Positions 10,545 through 19,443 of a stretch of DNA of 64,000 nt are shown here, piece after piece. The position numbers and the translations under genes are program-made. Below the pieces are notes generated by a model that worked only from the letters and a program-made list of their open reading frames with translations, was not told the origin of the DNA and ran no database searches. This DNA is from Thermoplasmata archaeon. Lineage in GTDB: Archaea > Thermoplasmatota > Thermoplasmata > Lutacidiplasmatales > UBA184. Position 1 is the first letter of the stretch; each line of letters starts with the position of its first letter. The stretch is from positions 15,408 through 79,407 of the forward strand of contig JAKASE010000009.1 of the NCBI GenBank assembly GCA_021819135.1, given 5' to 3'.

Positions 10545-12016
10545 CGACCCCCGCGCGCCAGATCACCGTCGACCCGATCACCCGGCTCGAAGGCCACGGG
10601 AAGATCGAGATCTTCCTCGACCCGAAGGGTGAGGTCGAGCGGGCCTACTTCCAGGTCCCCGAACTGCGGGGGTTCGAGGTCTTCTGCCGGGGACGGCCCG
10701 CGGAGGACCTGCCGCAGATCACCCCGCGCATCTGCGGGGTCTGTCCGACCTCGCACCACCTCGCCTCCACCAAGGCGGTCGACGACCTGTGGAAGGTCGA
10801 GCCGCCGGTGCCGGCGAAGAAGCTCCGCGAGCTGATGTACAGCCTGTTCATGTTCGAGGACCACGCCCTCCACTTCTACATCCTCGGGGGACCGGATTTC
10901 GTCGTCGGGCCGAAGGCGCCGAAGGCGGAACGGAACATCCTCGGCGTCATCCAGAAGGTCGGGGTCGAGACCGCGAAGACGGTCATCCAGGCCCGGAAGA
11001 AGGCCCGGGACCTGATGACCTACCTCGGCGGGAAGGTCATCCACCCCGTGATGGGCCTGCCCGGGGGGGTCGCGAAGGGGATCAAGCCGGAGGACCTCCC
11101 GAGGTTCCAGCAGGTCGCCGAGGAGTCGGTGGAGTTCGCGAAGTTCACCCTGCAGCTCTTCCGGGACGTCGTCCTGAAGAACGCCGGCTACGTGGATGTG
11201 ATCACATCCGGGGCGTACACGATCCCGACGTACTACATGGGCCTCGTCGACGCGAACAACCACCCGAACTTCTACGACGGCAAGCTACGGGTGGTCGATC
11301 CGTCCGGTAAGGAGTTCGCGAAGTTCGATGTGCACGACTACACCGAGCACCTGGGCGAGCACGTCGAGCCGTGGACCTACGTCCGGTTCACCTACCTCAA
11401 GAAGATCGGGTGGAGGGGGTTCACCGAAGGGAAGGACGGGTCGATCCTCGCGGTCGCGCCGCTCGGTCGGCTGAACGCCTCCGAGGGCATGGCCACCCCG
11501 CTCGCCCAAGAGGCGTTCCGGGAGTTCTACTCGACCCTCGGCGGAAGGCCCGTGCACGCGACCCTCGCGACCCACTGGGCCCGCCTCGTGGAGCTCCTCT
11601 ACGCGGCCGAGCGGATGCGCGAGCTCGTCCACGACCGGGACATCGTCTCGACGAACCTACGGAACCTCCCGACCCACACCCCAGACGTGGGGATCGGCGT
11701 CGTCGAGGCACCCCGGGGGACGCTGATCCATCACTACGAGACCGACGAGAAGGGGCTCGCGAAGAAGGTCAACCTGATCGTCGCGACGCAGAACAACGCG
11801 GCCCGGATCGCGATGTCGGTCGAGAAGGCCGCTAAGGGCCTGATCCACAAGGGCCTCGTGGACGACGGACTCCTCAACATGGTCGAGATGGCGTTCCGGG
11901 CCTACGACCCCTGCCACGCCTGCGCGACGCATGCCCTTCCGGGAACGATCCCGCTCCAGGTGACGATCCACGACTCCGAGCGGCACGTCGTGGCGGTCCT
12001 GAAGAACGCGGACTGA
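10541..12016 (+). CDS. mvhA: [NiFe] hydrogenase group 3c large subunit MvhA
   Basis: TRLEGHG, RGFE, L1 motif RICGVC, EAPRG, L2 motif DPCHACATH plus a cleavable C-terminal tail. Confidence 0.96.
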   Translation: MTTPARQITVDPITRLEGHGKIEIFLDPKGEVERAYFQVPELRGFEVFCRGRPAEDLPQITPRICGVCPTSHHLASTKAVDDLWKVEPPVPAKKLRELMYSLFMFEDHALHFYILGGPDFVVGPKAPKAERNILGVIQKVGVETAKTVIQARKKARDLMTYLGGKVIHPVMGLPGGVAKGIKPEDLPRFQQVAEESVEFAKFTLQLFRDVVLKNAGYVDVITSGAYTIPTYYMGLVDANNHPNFYDGKLRVVDPSGKEFAKFDVHDYTEHLGEHVEPWTYVRFTYLKKIGWRGFTEGKDGSILAVAPLGRLNASEGMATPLAQEAFREFYSTLGGRPVHATLATHWARLVELLYAAERMRELVHDRDIVSTNLRNLPTHTPDVGIGVVEAPRGTLIHHYETDEKGLAKKVNLIVATQNNAARIAMSVEKAAKGLIHKGLVDDGLLNMVEMAFRAYDPCHACATHALPGTIPLQVTIHDSERHVVAVLKNAD

Positions 12017-12154
12017 CGCGGGGAATCCGGGGACCGCTTCGTGACCGCACGCGCCGACCCTCCCCGTCGCGTGCGCTCGCGGCCGGCACAGTACGGCGGG
12101 AAGACGGGAGCCCGCGAGGCCCGGGACGCCCACCGCCCCGATGAGCCGGAGGGA

Positions 12155-12706
12155 ATGCCATCCAAGCGCCGCACCCCGGCCGCCTCCCGGCCCGGGCCGC
12201 GGGGCGTCGTGCTGGGGCTCGGCAACGACATCCTCACCGACGATGCGATCGGACCGCTCATCGTGCGGCGACTCAGGGACAAGTTCCGGGAACAGCCTTC
12301 CGTCGACTTCATCGAGTCGAACGAGATGGGACTCGCGCTGCTCGACTTCCTCGAGGGGTACGACTGGGCCCTGCTCGTCGACTCGATCGTGAGCGGCACC
12401 GTGCCCCCGGCCACCGTGCGGCTATTCGAACGGGCCGATTTTCCCACGACCCGCGGCTCGAACCCCCACCACGTAGGGGTCTACGACGCGCTCGCGTTCG
12501 CGGAGCGGGTCGACCTCGCGGTCCCGAAGGAGATCCGCGTGGTCGCGATCGAGGTGCGCGACCCGTTCACGTTCGGGACGGGCCTGACCCCAGAACTGGA
12601 ACGGGCCTCGGACCGCCTCGTCGCTGAGGTCGGCGAGCTCGTCCGGGAGCGATTGAACGGAGCATGCACGAATACGGAATCGCCGAAGAAGTCGCGCGGG
12701 CCATAA
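12155..12706 (+). CDS. Hydrogenase maturation endopeptidase (HycI/HybD family)
   Basis: VLGLGNDILTDDAIG, LLVDS and PHH motifs; start uncertain (12041 or 12155). Confidence 0.9.
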   Translation: MPSKRRTPAASRPGPRGVVLGLGNDILTDDAIGPLIVRRLRDKFREQPSVDFIESNEMGLALLDFLEGYDWALLVDSIVSGTVPPATVRLFERADFPTTRGSNPHHVGVYDALAFAERVDLAVPKEIRVVAIEVRDPFTFGTGLTPELERASDRLVAEVGELVRERLNGACTNTESPKKSRGP

Positions 12707-13032
12707 TCCGGTACTCGGAAGAGCACGGCGGGGCCCACCCCCGGACGGCCTGGGTAGGCCTCGGTGCCCTGTCCGGGCTGGACCCCGAGTCGCTCGAAGA
12801 GGCCTACCCCATCGCGGCGAAGGGGACCGCGGTCGAGGACGTACGGCTGGTCGTGCGGATCGAACGGGCCGAGTGCCGGTGCCGGGGATGCGGGGCCACG
12901 CTGGCCCTGGAGGGACCCGTGGACCTACTGCTGTGCGAGCAGTGCGGATCCGCCGACTTCGAATGCCCTCCGCACGCCCGGGGCACCTGGCTGACCCGGG
13001 TCGAGCTCGAGGAGGGTCCGACCAACCGGTGA
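12664..13032 (+). CDS. hypA: Nickel insertion protein HypA
   Basis: MHE N-terminus, GALSG, CRGC...CEQCGS. Confidence 0.93.
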   Translation: MHEYGIAEEVARAIIRYSEEHGGAHPRTAWVGLGALSGLDPESLEEAYPIAAKGTAVEDVRLVVRIERAECRCRGCGATLALEGPVDLLLCEQCGSADFECPPHARGTWLTRVELEEGPTNR

Positions 13033-13280
13033 CGGTCCTCGGGCTGTCTTCGCCTTCGTCGGTTCCGAGCCCCCACCGGGGAGCCGCACCACCGGTAGCA
13101 TCCACGCCGTACCGTAGATCAGGTAGCGCAGCAGGCCGCAACGTAGAACGAAAGGGGGCGTGGCGTCTCAGAGGCCCGTTCCCCCTCTGTGGCGTGGCGA
13201 GTGATGGCCCTCGCAGCCACCGTCGAGAGAACGTGGCAACGCACGGGCCTCGCCCGAGGGGATGAATGAGTGATGCGGCC

Positions 13281-15248
13281 TTACCGAATGGGCACGGGGT
13301 GGGACCCGGCAGCTGCCGTAGACGGGACCGGGTGCCCGGGGTCGACCAAACCGGCCCGCCTCAGAATCTCGGCGAACCTTGGGTCCTTCCGGACCGGGTC
13401 GAGCGGCGGGTCCAGCCGGAACGGAGTGAACCAGAGATTCCGCTGGTCGATCGCCTGGTCCAGCAGACGGAAACAACCCTCCACGTCGCCGACATGGGCA
13501 CGCAACCAAGCGAAGAGAAACGCCACGGTCCGCACGGAAGTCGCTTCCTCTTCCCGGAGGAGCTCCTTTGCCCTTTCGATTTGGCCGAGGCCGGCGTACG
13601 CGACGATACGCAGGGCCCACGCCCCCCCCGGCCGGATGGCGTCCCATCGGTCCGCCGACTCCAGCGCGCGTTGAAAGTCGGAACAATACGCATGGTACCA
13701 ACCGAGCGCCTTGTAGTACGACTCTCCGGCGTGGTCGACCTGACGGAGGCGCCTAATGATGTTCTCGGCCTCCTCCCGCCGCCCCAGATAGTTCAGGTAG
13801 TAGACGTGGGCCACCAGGATGGGTACCGACTGGGGGTCCGACTCCTCGGCCACGGAGAGTTCTCGCAGGGCCTCCTCGACCCGGACCTCGTCCATCAGCA
13901 GCACGGCGTAGTTCTGCCGGGCCCACGAGTAGCTCGGGCTGAGGGCGATCGCCTGCCGGAACTCCCTCTCTGCCTCGGCCCACTGCCAGTCGTCGTAGAG
14001 GATGAGGGCGAGCGATGCATGCGCCTCGGCGAGATCCGGATCGAGCTCTAGCGCGTGGGTCACGAACGGTCGTGCCCTGGCGTCCCACTCCGCTCGGGTA
14101 CTGGGGTCGAAGAGCCCGACGAGGTGAATGGTCTCGGCGAGACCGCAGTACGCCGCGGCGTTCTGATCATCGAGTGAAACGGCAAGCTCAAACTGCTTTC
14201 TCGCGGCCTCCAGCGACTCCCGTTGGACGGACGCAGCCATCAGGTGGCGCCCCCTCAGGTACGCCAGGTAGGACTCGGGACGGATGCCCGGCCGTTCCCC
14301 CATGCGGGCCTCTTCCTCGCCCTTCAGCCGGACCTTCAACGCGTCGGCGATCTCCTTGGAGACATCCGTCTGGACCGCAAAGATGTGGGCGACCTTCCGG
14401 TCGAACGTGTTCGACCAGACGTGGGCCTGGGACCCGACATCAATGAGTTGCACCGCGATCCGGAGCTGGTCGCCCGACCTTCGGACGCTTCCCTCGAGGA
14501 TCGATGTGACACCAAGTTCCGCCCCGACCTGATCGATCGGCTTGGGCGCTCCCTTGTACTGCACGACCGAGGTACGTGCGGTCACCTGGAGCCCCTGCAA
14601 CCGCGAGAGCATCGTGATCAACTCCTCGGTGAGGCCATCGGCGATGTACTCGTCCTTGGGATCCGGACTGATATTGGCGAACGGAAGTACCGCGAGCCGC
14701 GGCAGAACTGCGGGTCGGGGCGCGGACGGGACCGGGGCCCACGGTAGCACGATCCGATAGATCTCCAACGGCTCCCCGAGCCCCTTGAGGTTCTTCGCGC
14801 CGATCTCCTCGAACCGATACGGCACCTTCGTGCGCACCTGGTCGTAGACCTGCGCCGATAGGCAGACCCCCCCGGGATCCGCACACGACTCCAACCGAGA
14901 GGCGATGTTGACGGCATCTCCGAGGATGTCGGCCCCCTTCCGCTGGACATCGCCCAGATGGATGCCGACCCGCATCGGAAGCCAAAGCGCCCTCTCCCGT
15001 TCGTCCCGCTCTGCCGCGTGACGTTGAAGGTCGACCCCGCACTCGACCGCGTCCAGGGCGTCCGGGAACTCGAGCAAGAGTCCGTCGCCGATCGACTTCA
15101 CCTTCCGGCCATGATGGGTCGCGAGGACCATTCGAACGAGCCGGTCCTGCTCTTGGAGCAGCCGGAAGGCTCCCCGCTCATCTCTCTGGCTGAGCTGCGT
15201 GAACCCCTCGAGGTCGGTGAACATTATGGCCGAGAGACGGCGCGCCAT
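13281..15248 (-). CDS. Class III adenylate/guanylate cyclase with TolB-like and TPR domains
   Basis: AIMFTDLEGFT, KSIGDG, GIHLGDV, GDAVNIASR; LAVLPFANIS...YIADGLTEELI; TPR repeats. Confidence 0.92.
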   Translation of the reverse strand: MARRLSAIMFTDLEGFTQLSQRDERGAFRLLQEQDRLVRMVLATHHGRKVKSIGDGLLLEFPDALDAVECGVDLQRHAAERDERERALWLPMRVGIHLGDVQRKGADILGDAVNIASRLESCADPGGVCLSAQVYDQVRTKVPYRFEEIGAKNLKGLGEPLEIYRIVLPWAPVPSAPRPAVLPRLAVLPFANISPDPKDEYIADGLTEELITMLSRLQGLQVTARTSVVQYKGAPKPIDQVGAELGVTSILEGSVRRSGDQLRIAVQLIDVGSQAHVWSNTFDRKVAHIFAVQTDVSKEIADALKVRLKGEEEARMGERPGIRPESYLAYLRGRHLMAASVQRESLEAARKQFELAVSLDDQNAAAYCGLAETIHLVGLFDPSTRAEWDARARPFVTHALELDPDLAEAHASLALILYDDWQWAEAEREFRQAIALSPSYSWARQNYAVLLMDEVRVEEALRELSVAEESDPQSVPILVAHVYYLNYLGRREEAENIIRRLRQVDHAGESYYKALGWYHAYCSDFQRALESADRWDAIRPGGAWALRIVAYAGLGQIERAKELLREEEATSVRTVAFLFAWLRAHVGDVEGCFRLLDQAIDQRNLWFTPFRLDPPLDPVRKDPRFAEILRRAGLVDPGHPVPSTAAAGSHPVPIR

Positions 15249-15448
15249 GACAGCCCACCCTGAGGGTCCGGTGCTTGCCGCAGTGCAGGTCGAGCTCGCT
15301 ATTCAAGGCGGCGGCAGTTTCGGGATTTCCCCTATCCGCGAAGCACACCCTCCAGAGGAGAACAAGGACGACGAACGTCGGGCACCGGACCTTTGGCCGC
15401 CCTCCCGCAGTCCCATCCGCACAGGGTTCGGAGACGCCCTGCCCCCAA

Positions 15449-15500
15449 TTGTACAACGAAAAGCGCACAATATTGATATATTCGTTGAATTCTGTTTAAC
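15449..15500. promoter_or_regulatory. AT-rich divergent promoter region with palindromes (candidate operator)
   Basis: TTGTACAA (15449-15456), CAATATTG (15468-15475), inverted pair CAACGAA (15454-15460) and TTCGTTG (15481-15487). Confidence 0.45.
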
Positions 15501-15503
15501 GCT

Positions 15504-15902
15504 GTGCGGACCGCTCGGGCCGACGCTCCCGCGACTCGCTTCCTCGGTGTGCGCCTCACCGCCGAGGAGGAGTCGAACCTCGAGAGGTTCCGAACCGAAC
15601 ACGACTTTGCGAGCCGTTCCGACGCGGTGCGGGCCCTCGTGCGTGCGGCGGTCGAAACGCCCGCCTCCGCGATCGAAGTGCCCACCACGCTGCGGAACGA
15701 GCTCGAGGATCTCGCGGAGGATGGATACGCTCGGGACGTGGGTGAAGCGGCGACGCTCGCCCTCACCCTCGGTATCCGGGAGCTGGCTCGCACGCACGTC
15801 GAACAGCTGACGGCCCTGCGCGAGCGCGCGCGGTCGGCGGCGGACCGGCGGGCGCGACGTCACCGGGCGGACCGGGAGGGTCGGGGACTCCTCGGGCAGT
15901 AG
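15504..15902 (+). CDS. Ribbon-helix-helix (CopG-like) regulator, probably two tandem RHH units
   Basis: LGVRLT..EESNLE..SRSDAVRALV and a second unit IEVP..LRNELEDLAEDGY..VGEA. Confidence 0.7.
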   Translation: MRTARADAPATRFLGVRLTAEEESNLERFRTEHDFASRSDAVRALVRAAVETPASAIEVPTTLRNELEDLAEDGYARDVGEAATLALTLGIRELARTHVEQLTALRERARSAADRRARRHRADREGRGLLGQ

Positions 15903-15929
15903 TCTCCGGGTTAGGGGAGCGGTTGCAAC

Positions 15930-16157
15930 ATGGAGCCGATGGGGATCGCCTGGAGCGAACGAAGCGGGTTCATCTGTCGACTGTGCCGTCAGGACGCCAA
16001 GCATAATGAGGTGCTGCACATCTCATACTGCCCCGTCCACGGCCTCAGTTCACCCTTGGACCAGCTCCCGTGGCGACCGGAGGCGAGAGCATCCCGCGTC
16101 TCTATACCCGCACGGGCGACCGTGGAACCACCGCTCTTGCCGGCGGTTCGCGCGTAG
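15930..16157 (+). CDS. Putative small zinc-finger protein
   Basis: CRLC...CPVH motif; fills the gap between the RHH gene and pduO. Confidence 0.45.
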   Translation: MEPMGIAWSERSGFICRLCRQDAKHNEVLHISYCPVHGLSSPLDQLPWRPEARASRVSIPARATVEPPLLPAVRA

Positions 16158-16645
16158 AGAAGGACGCGCCCCGCATCCGCACCTACGGCACCTACGACGA
16201 GCTCGGGGCCTGCCTCGGTCTCGCCTTCGCCGAGCTCCCGGGCGAGCTCGCCGACATCCGGGACGTGGTGCGCAGGCTCGAGCACGAGGTCTACGTCGCC
16301 CAGGCGGAGCTCGCGAACCCCTCCGACCGTCACCCGGCAAAGCACCGGATCTCCCGCGCGCATGTCCGCCGCCTCGAGACGGACATCGACCGGTTCGAGG
16401 GAGCGCACGGGTCGATCCACTCGTTCGTCCTTCCCGGGGGCTCGCGGCCGGCGGCGTTCCTCCATCTCGCGCGCGTCACGGCGCGCCGGGCCGAGCGGGA
16501 ACTGTGGACTCTTCATCGCGCCGAGCCCGTCCGCCCGGAACTCCTCCAGTGGGCGAACCGGCTGAGCGGGCTCCTCTTCGCCCTCGCGCTCGCGACGAAC
16601 CAACGCCTCGGCGTCCCCGAGGTGCCTCCCGACTACACGGTCTGA
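16070..16645 (+). CDS. pduO: ATP:cob(I)alamin adenosyltransferase, PduO type
   Basis: LYTRTGDRGTT, YGTYDEL, FVLPGG, RRAER and NRLS. Confidence 0.95.
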   Translation: MATGGESIPRLYTRTGDRGTTALAGGSRVEKDAPRIRTYGTYDELGACLGLAFAELPGELADIRDVVRRLEHEVYVAQAELANPSDRHPAKHRISRAHVRRLETDIDRFEGAHGSIHSFVLPGGSRPAAFLHLARVTARRAERELWTLHRAEPVRPELLQWANRLSGLLFALALATNQRLGVPEVPPDYTV

Positions 16646-16669
16646 CGGCGGACCGCACGGAGGCTCGCG

Positions 16670-17866
16670 TTGGAGATCGGGGTGGTCGGGAAGCCGAACG
16701 TCGGGAAGTCGACGTTCTTCAACGCGCTCACGCTGCTCGACGCCCCGATGGCCCCGTACCCCTTCACGACGATCGCCCCGAATCGGGGGGTCGGAGCGGT
16801 GCGGGCGAAGTGCCCGCATCCGGAGAAGGGTACCCCGTGCACTCCGGGCAACGCGAAGTGCGTGGACGGGACCCGCTGGATCCCGGTGAACCTCGTGGAC
16901 GTCCCCGGGCTCGTGCCTGGAGCCCATCTCGGGAAGGGCCTCGGCCACAAGTTCCTCGACGACCTCCGGGCGGCCGACGGATTCGTCCAGATCGTCGACC
17001 TGTCCGGCGCGACCGATGCCGAAGGTCGCATCGACTCCCCGGGGGCGCACGACCCGGCGGAGGAGGTCGGCTGGCTCGAGGAGGAGATGGTGGCCTGGAT
17101 CGCGGAGGTCCTCGGCCGTGACTTCAACCGTCAGGCGCGCACCGTCGAGCTCGAGGGACGGAAGCTCGAGGAGTTCCTGGCGCAGCGCCTCACCGGGCTC
17201 TCGATCGCGCCGACGGCGATCGCCTCCGCCCTCCGGAACACGGCGATCGACCGGGCGCACCCGGCGCACTGGTCGGCCGAGGACCTCGCCCGGCTGGGCC
17301 GCGAGCTGCTCCGGGAGTCGAAGCCTCGCCTCGTCGCGGCGAACAAGTGCGACCGCAGTTCCCGCGCGCAGGAGAACGCCCTCTCGAGCGCGATCGCCCC
17401 CATTCCGGTCGTCCCCACGGGCGCGGATGCCGAGCTGACGCTCCGGCGCGCGGCGCGGGCCGGGCTCGTGGAATATCGACCGGGGGACGCGGAGTTCACC
17501 GTGCGCGATCCGGGCCGGCTGTCTCCTCCCCAGGCGAAGGCCCTCGAGGGGATCCGGGCGATCCTCGCGACCTGGGGCTCTACGGGGGTCCAGGCGGCCC
17601 TCGAGCGCATGGTCTACGAGCGGCTCCGCATGATCGTGGTCTATCCGGTAGAGGACGAGACCCATTGGACCGACGGCCAGGGACGGGTGCTGCCCGACGC
17701 CCTGCTGGTGCCGGCCGAGACGACGGCGCGCGCGGTCGCCTACCGGGTCCACACCGATCTGGGGGAGCACTTCATCCGGGCGATCGACGGCCGTACCCAT
17801 CGGGCGCTCGCCGCGGACCATCCGCTCGGACCGAACGCGGTCATCCGGATCGTCGCCCGCAAGTAG
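16670..17866 (+). CDS. ychF: Obg-family YchF-like GTPase/ATPase with TGS domain (archaeal type)
   Basis: GKPNVGKST, YPFTTI, DVPGL, NKCD and TGS VHTDL. Confidence 0.92.
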   Translation: MEIGVVGKPNVGKSTFFNALTLLDAPMAPYPFTTIAPNRGVGAVRAKCPHPEKGTPCTPGNAKCVDGTRWIPVNLVDVPGLVPGAHLGKGLGHKFLDDLRAADGFVQIVDLSGATDAEGRIDSPGAHDPAEEVGWLEEEMVAWIAEVLGRDFNRQARTVELEGRKLEEFLAQRLTGLSIAPTAIASALRNTAIDRAHPAHWSAEDLARLGRELLRESKPRLVAANKCDRSSRAQENALSSAIAPIPVVPTGADAELTLRRAARAGLVEYRPGDAEFTVRDPGRLSPPQAKALEGIRAILATWGSTGVQAALERMVYERLRMIVVYPVEDETHWTDGQGRVLPDALLVPAETTARAVAYRVHTDLGEHFIRAIDGRTHRALAADHPLGPNAVIRIVARK

Positions 17867-17884
17867 CGGACGGGTACCCGCGGA

Positions 17885-18859
17885 CTACGGTTCGATCAGC
17901 CGTACCCCGGTGGCCGAAGGCCGGACGACGAACGGCAGCCCACCGGCCCGGGCGAGGCGACGGACGAGCTCGACCTCCTTTCCCGGGACGGGGAGCGCGA
18001 CGATCGAACCGCCGGCGCCGGCCCCGGTGAGCTTCGCCGCTTCGGCGGCCGGTGCGGCCGCCGAGATCAGGGCCTCGAGCCGGGGATGCGAGACCCCCAC
18101 CTCGCGCAGGAGCTCCTGGTTGCGTCCGATCAGTTCGGCGACCCGCGGGCGGTCCCCCTGCTCCACGGCGCGGATCCCATCGCGGGCGACCCGGGTGAAC
18201 TCTTCGAGAAGCCTCGGACCGTCGGACCGGGCGAGCCGTTCGCCGACGGCCCGGACCGCGGTACCCGTCGACCGGGGGATGCCGCTGTGCGCGACGACCC
18301 AGAGCCAGCCGGGATCAGGGACCCGTCGCACCTCCCACTCCCGGTCGGGGCCGCGCACCGTCCAGAGGACCTCCCCGGAGCCTCCGTTGATCGATAGAAA
18401 TCCTCCGCCGACCACCGCCGACGTGTCGCCCGGACTGCCGACCCCCTGGGCCCCCCGCTCGGTCTCGAAGGCGCGCTGCGCGAGGGCCGGGCGGTCGATG
18501 CCTCCGCGCGCCGCCGAGAGGGCCGCGGAGAGGGCGGCCACGAACGCCGCGGACGAGCCGAGGCCGGCGGACTTCGGGATGCGCGAGACCGCGCGCACCG
18601 CGACCGGCGGGCCGTCGGACCAGCTACGGGCGAGGGCGGACCGGAAGTACGGGTTCCGCTCGGTGCCCTCCCGGTCGGTGTTCAGGGAGACCGCCCCGGA
18701 CGGCCGGACGATCACCTGCACCGAGAGGTCGAGGGCAAAGAGGAGCTCGGGCGCCCCGTGGACGACCGCATGCTCGCCGAAGACGATGCACTTGCCCGGG
18801 GCCTCGGCCGACACCGGGAGGGCCCGGGCCGGGATCGGCGGGAGCTCCAACGCGCTCAT
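17885..18859 (-). CDS. mvk: Mevalonate kinase (GHMP family)
   Basis: APGKCIVFGEHAVV, PKSAGLGSSAA and KLTGAGAGG. Confidence 0.88.
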   Translation of the reverse strand: MSALELPPIPARALPVSAEAPGKCIVFGEHAVVHGAPELLFALDLSVQVIVRPSGAVSLNTDREGTERNPYFRSALARSWSDGPPVAVRAVSRIPKSAGLGSSAAFVAALSAALSAARGGIDRPALAQRAFETERGAQGVGSPGDTSAVVGGGFLSINGGSGEVLWTVRGPDREWEVRRVPDPGWLWVVAHSGIPRSTGTAVRAVGERLARSDGPRLLEEFTRVARDGIRAVEQGDRPRVAELIGRNQELLREVGVSHPRLEALISAAAPAAEAAKLTGAGAGGSIVALPVPGKEVELVRRLARAGGLPFVVRPSATGVRLIEP

Positions 18860-19443
18860 CGGGCCTCCGCGGGGGACAGAGCGACCCGCTCGACGACCTT
18901 CTTGCCCCGCGCCCGAGGCACGACCTTTAGGCGAGCGCCGCGGGGGACGCGAGCGGTCGGAAGGCCGAGGAGCCGTACGAGCGTGACCGCCAGTGCCGCG
19001 ACCTCGCTGTGGGGCTGGCTTCCCACCGAGACATTGACGGTCGCGAGCCGGTAGAGCTCCGACGGGACCTTCGCCCCGCCCACGACGAGGAGGAGGCGAC
19101 GGGCTCGGACGAGACGGGGGGCGACGCGGTCGAGCGGAAGCCCGTACATCGTGAGGTGGACGACCTCCCCGTCGAACTCCCGAACGAGTCGCTTCCACTC
19201 CGTCGCGGGGGCCACCTCGAAGGAGCCGCCCCACCGACGAGTGACCGCGAGGAGGCGCGCGGCGAGATCGGGGTCAGGGGGATGCAGGTAAAGGCGCCGC
19301 GCACCGAGCGCGCGGGCGGTCAGGGCGACGTGCGTGGTCAGCCGGGGATCCCGACCGGGGCGATGCCCGACCCGGAGGACGGAGACCTCGGGAACGGTCC
19401 TAGGAGCCCGGGTCCGCCTGGAACCGCTCGATCCGGTGCCCAC
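18856..19443 (-). CDS. trm56: tRNA (cytidine(56)-2'-O)-methyltransferase
   Basis: LRVGHRPGRDPRLTTHV, VHLTMYG, VVGGAKVP and QPHSEV; start uncertain. Confidence 0.93.
   Translation of the reverse strand: MGTGSSGSRRTRAPRTVPEVSVLRVGHRPGRDPRLTTHVALTARALGARRLYLHPPDPDLAARLLAVTRRWGGSFEVAPATEWKRLVREFDGEVVHLTMYGLPLDRVAPRLVRARRLLLVVGGAKVPSELYRLATVNVSVGSQPHSEVAALAVTLVRLLGLPTARVPRGARLKVVPRARGKKVVERVALSPAEAR

Noticed and set aside
7079-12016. Possible selenocysteine recoding in HdrA, MvhD or MvhA
   Set aside because: The usual Sec positions are Cys codons (TLDC, GDCHY, DPCHAC) and there is no in-frame TGA
7996-12016. Apparent long N-terminal extensions or fusions on MvhD, MvhG and MvhA (also Nop5, Pcc1, MBL and toprim ORFs in the track)
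   Set aside because: Artefacts of choosing the furthest upstream start; true starts are coupled to the upstream stop codons
4041-12016. Methanogenesis inferred from hdrA and mvh genes
   Set aside because: No mcr, mtr or hdrB in the window; HdrA-Mvh modules are widespread in non-methanogens
13033-13280. Small ORF or ncRNA between hypA and the cyclase gene
   Set aside because: Candidate minus-strand frame is interrupted by a stop and no recognisable RNA motif was found
19380-19443. Non-canonical GTT start for trm56
   Set aside because: An in-frame GTG at 19443 gives a plausible start; cannot be distinguished from a sequencing error
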